Assembly (NCBI RefSeq): GCF_009914755.1
Contig: NC_060934.1
Reading direction: 5' to 3' (one strand)
Length of the DNA stretch: 64,000 nucleotides
Source of the DNA: the human T2T-CHM13v2.0 reference genome, Homo sapiens
Both the position numbers and the translations under genes were made by a program. The notes beneath the pieces were generated by a model. That model was not told the DNA's origin, did not search any database, and saw only the letters and a list, made by a program, of their open reading frames with translations. Within the stretch, counting starts at the first letter, position 1; the number at the start of each line of letters is the position of its first letter. Positions 60,300 through 64,000 of the stretch are shown here, piece after piece.

Positions 60300-61700
60300 A
60301 GTAATTTATTCCCAGGGCTGTTCTAGTAGACCTTTCTTCACTTGCCTTGAGATACAGATTCTGAATATAAATTCCATCAACACCTGTAGTTTTTCTTCTT
60401 TACCCTCTGTAAGAATTAGAATGCAAATCACGAACCCCAATTCTTAGAAACCTACCACTTCTTATCAGCCAGAATTATATCCAGGTCCGTTGGAAAAATC
60501 AACCACTGGCAAAGGGAATGAGATTACCATACTTGGCATATAACAACAGTGTTTATCCCTAAAATGAGGAATACAGTCCCCTTGCCTGAGTGACTTTCAA
60601 ACAAAACAATGGCTCTTCTGGCAAGGGAGACAGGGAGAAAGATTATTGGGCTAAAAACTACCCAACCATTATCTTCCACAGTCTACCTCTTTGACTTCCT
60701 AGCTTCCATACATTGTTCAAAAAGTGCTCATACTTCCACAAAATGCACATAGTCCTTCCAAGGGTGAAAAGAACCTAAAGTCTCATCAAGAAAAAAACAA
60801 GATAAACCCAATAAAACCTTTCATTCAGAAAAGTGACTGTCATCACTGATCCATAGCACATGTTATTTCCTGAAGGACATCAATAGCAAATACTAGTTCC
60901 ATGACCCAGGAATCGAGTGAGTTTCTCTGTCAGCCCCATGGACGTCCCTAGTTCCACTCCACTGGAGCCTCCCTTGCCCATTGTCTTCCATGGCCATTTC
61001 TGGGGTAAGCGTTGAAGAAGATGCCCTCCTGGATGCTGCCAGATTTAACAGCTCACTTCCAGTAGATACAGATTCTATGGCCTCAGGACAATAGGGCTTG
61101 AATTGTTCCAGACTTTTATCAGTTTGAAATTCACTTCTGGTCAGGTCCAGGCACCGATAATGGCCAGTCATCTTGTCTGAACGAGGCCTGTGAGAGCCAC
61201 AATCCCTCCTCCTCCCCACATGTCTCTATGATTTTCCCACCTTCAAGCACGAAGTTTAATGGCTTCCACCTTGAGGCAACTGGTAACAAAAGCCATGTGG
61301 TGGAAGAGGGTGTGAAGCAGGGGAGGGGTGATGTCACCTGTGACCCCAGCCCTCCTGGGTGCACCTAAGCTAGATAGTGCCTCCTGTCTTACAAAGGATG
61401 TGTGGTGAGGGATATTAAGGAGAGGCATGGGGAATCAGATTTGCTTTTGTCCCAATTTTATCAGTCATATCTCCGGAGAAATTTCTTTTTTCTCTACCTT
61501 TTGGGAGGTGAGTAGGAGAAGGATATCAATTTTGTACAAAACTGGGATTTGCAAGCTTGAAAATCTCCAAACTATGGCCTTCAAATCGATTTAGATTCTA
61601 GGTTATGGGCAGGAGGAGTCTGTATTAGCAAAACTCAACTGTCTTCCCTTTCTGCATTCAGGCATGTCACTTTTCACCTAAACTTGCCTCTTAGACTATC
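60300..61700. mobile_element. Probable ancient MLT1 LTR plus internal sequence
   Basis: aaccactggcaaagggaatgagattaccat and ttccacagtctacctctttg resemble an old MLT1 LTR and its LTR/internal junction. Confidence 0.4.
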
Positions 61701-62243
61701 CCTTTCTCAAAGGCTTCAAGCAATAACGAGCATGTGCCAATATCCCCAATTTTCCTACCAATACCTCTAACCCTACAGTGTCTATAGGCACAAGAGCAGA
61801 GTCCCAAAGTCCAACTTGTGACAAAATAACCAAAAGCTACAGACTCAGAAATTTTGAAATATGGCTTTTACTGTTATAAAATACATAAGAGCTACATTTA
61901 GAGAGAAATGAAGGAGTTGACCACCAGCTGAAGTCAGGAACTATCACACCCAGTTTCACATTTTCTCTATTATATACATGTGTAAACTCCAGTTTCCCTC
62001 TGCCTACATCACCTTTCCAGAAATTCTTTTAGGATCTACAGGGAAGGGAGGCTCTTTTCCTCATAAGTAAACATACTTTTAAAAAGAGATTTGAATATGT
62101 ATTTTGAAAACAAGATGAATCACAGCAAACAATATAAAATATAAATCTGAAAATAGATCAGGATATACAGCTTACACGGGGAGGATCATATCATTTTGAT
62201 GAGAAGAACTAAAGGGAATACAGCATTGAAAATGTCTTTGTCT

Positions 62244-62655
<412 letters not shown>

Positions 62656-64000
62656 TCAGTTTTCCATTAATAGCCAATTGATTTTCCTCTATGACACTGG
62701 GAGAAAATATGAGGAAGGGTTCACCATTGATCCTTCTGATCTCTGCACTCCTATTCAAAGTCAAAATTCTAATCTGGCAACATGCTGCACAAACACCAGC
62801 ACTAACACCAGCATCTGGGGCTTCACTATGTGGTTCTGATGGTATAATTCTCACCATGCGTAGGTTTGATGATATCTAAGCCATATCAACTTCCCTCCCA
62901 GAAAGGAGTACTCCCATTTAGTTTTGAGTTGAATGTTAATCAATTCCCTTTATACAAGTTCAGCATAGTTGAACAAAACAGAACCATGTTCCAAAACCAA
63001 GGTTGATGCAATATATCATGCTCACCAATTTATCCCTATTAGTACATTCCTGACACATGGCCAGTGCTCAATAACTACTTACTGCATAGATGAATACATG
63101 AAAAAGACATGGCCACTGAGCAGCTCAGACAGCCTTGGCTTTGAATATTTTGCTGGTCACATTAAGTTATTTGCAGTTTACTGACAAGGAACACATGGGG
63201 AAGCCAGATGTTTGTAATTTTGAAATAGTTTATGGTTTCATTAGACTTTGAGTCTTGCTTGTCAAATAGCATTTATTAATATCCACTTTCTCCCAGGCAG
63301 AGCTCTAGGCATAAGGCAGAAAGTTAAAAATTCCAGAATAAATCTCTTTCTACATTTTTCTTCCTCCACTTCAAATACCTGATTCTAAGCCAGGTGTCTG
63401 TGAGATCCAGCCCCCAAACACTGCAATGACTGACTCCAATGAGGCTCCTTAAAAGCTGCCTTTCCTTTCTCCTCCCTCCAATCTCAGAAATAACCACTGC
63501 CTTCCAATTCCTATAACATTGTTCTTAGCACTCATATAGTAACTATTATTGCAAGTTGCACACATGGAGATAGAATTACTAAAAACACATGGCTTTCTGT
63601 CTTTCTGTGCTGCGTCATGAGTTTGTTGGAGGGAGACACCCATTTATAAATAACACACATTTGTCAAATCAATGAATAAACAACAGAGATGCATCTTTCC
63701 TTCTCTTTAACTGAGAATTTAAAGGTAAAAAATGTATACTGGATAAAGTTCCTTTCTTCAGTACTGGACAAATAAGGGAAAAGACAGGGAAAATCTACTA
63801 TTTAGCTAGAAAAGCGGCAAAGGGGAAAAGTCTTATCTCTGGGCTCAGTCATCTGGGAGAATGCACATAGTAAGTGAAATTCTTTGATAAGCTTCTCATC
63901 GAGACAGGTCAACTATATGTTTTCCCCTTGACTTCTGGCCTATCTTGTGACTCAGCTGTAGCCAATGGAAAGCAATGGAAGTGATGTGGCATAACTTCTG

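Noticed and set aside
60893-61219. 108-aa - strand ORF suggesting a processed pseudogene
   Set aside because: No recognisable protein, poly(A) tail or TSD; the surroundings look like old MaLR sequence

Overview
Human (primate) genomic DNA. Positions 1-35.7 kb hold the 3' half of PCGF5 (Polycomb group RING finger 5) on the + strand: six coding exons (7-66, 2616-2764, 12650-12748, 15755-15844, 22963-23022, 29592-29639) that splice in frame to ...[10 protein letters not shown]...SYPMVLQYRPRIDFG*, then a ~6 kb AT-rich 3'UTR. The introns carry L1, Alu, L2 and Tigger/Charlie-type DNA transposon remnants. About 1 kb past the poly(A) region is a ~1.55 kb, strongly strand-asymmetric, degenerate tandem array of a ~19-20 nt unit (TACAAAGCCCTGCTCCTCC) that matches no interspersed repeat I recognise. 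Further right are a CpG-rich patch with a strong CTCF-like motif (~49.75 kb) and a two-LTR, env-deleted HERV-H provirus on the - strand (52699-58680, 5-bp TSD CTTTA) nested inside an older MLT2 LTR. A strong - strand splice acceptor just outside the 5' LTR suggests a lncRNA terminal exon (probably HECTD2-AS1) that ends at the LTR poly(A) signal. Repeat subfamily names were assigned by eye and need RepeatMasker/Dfam confirmation.
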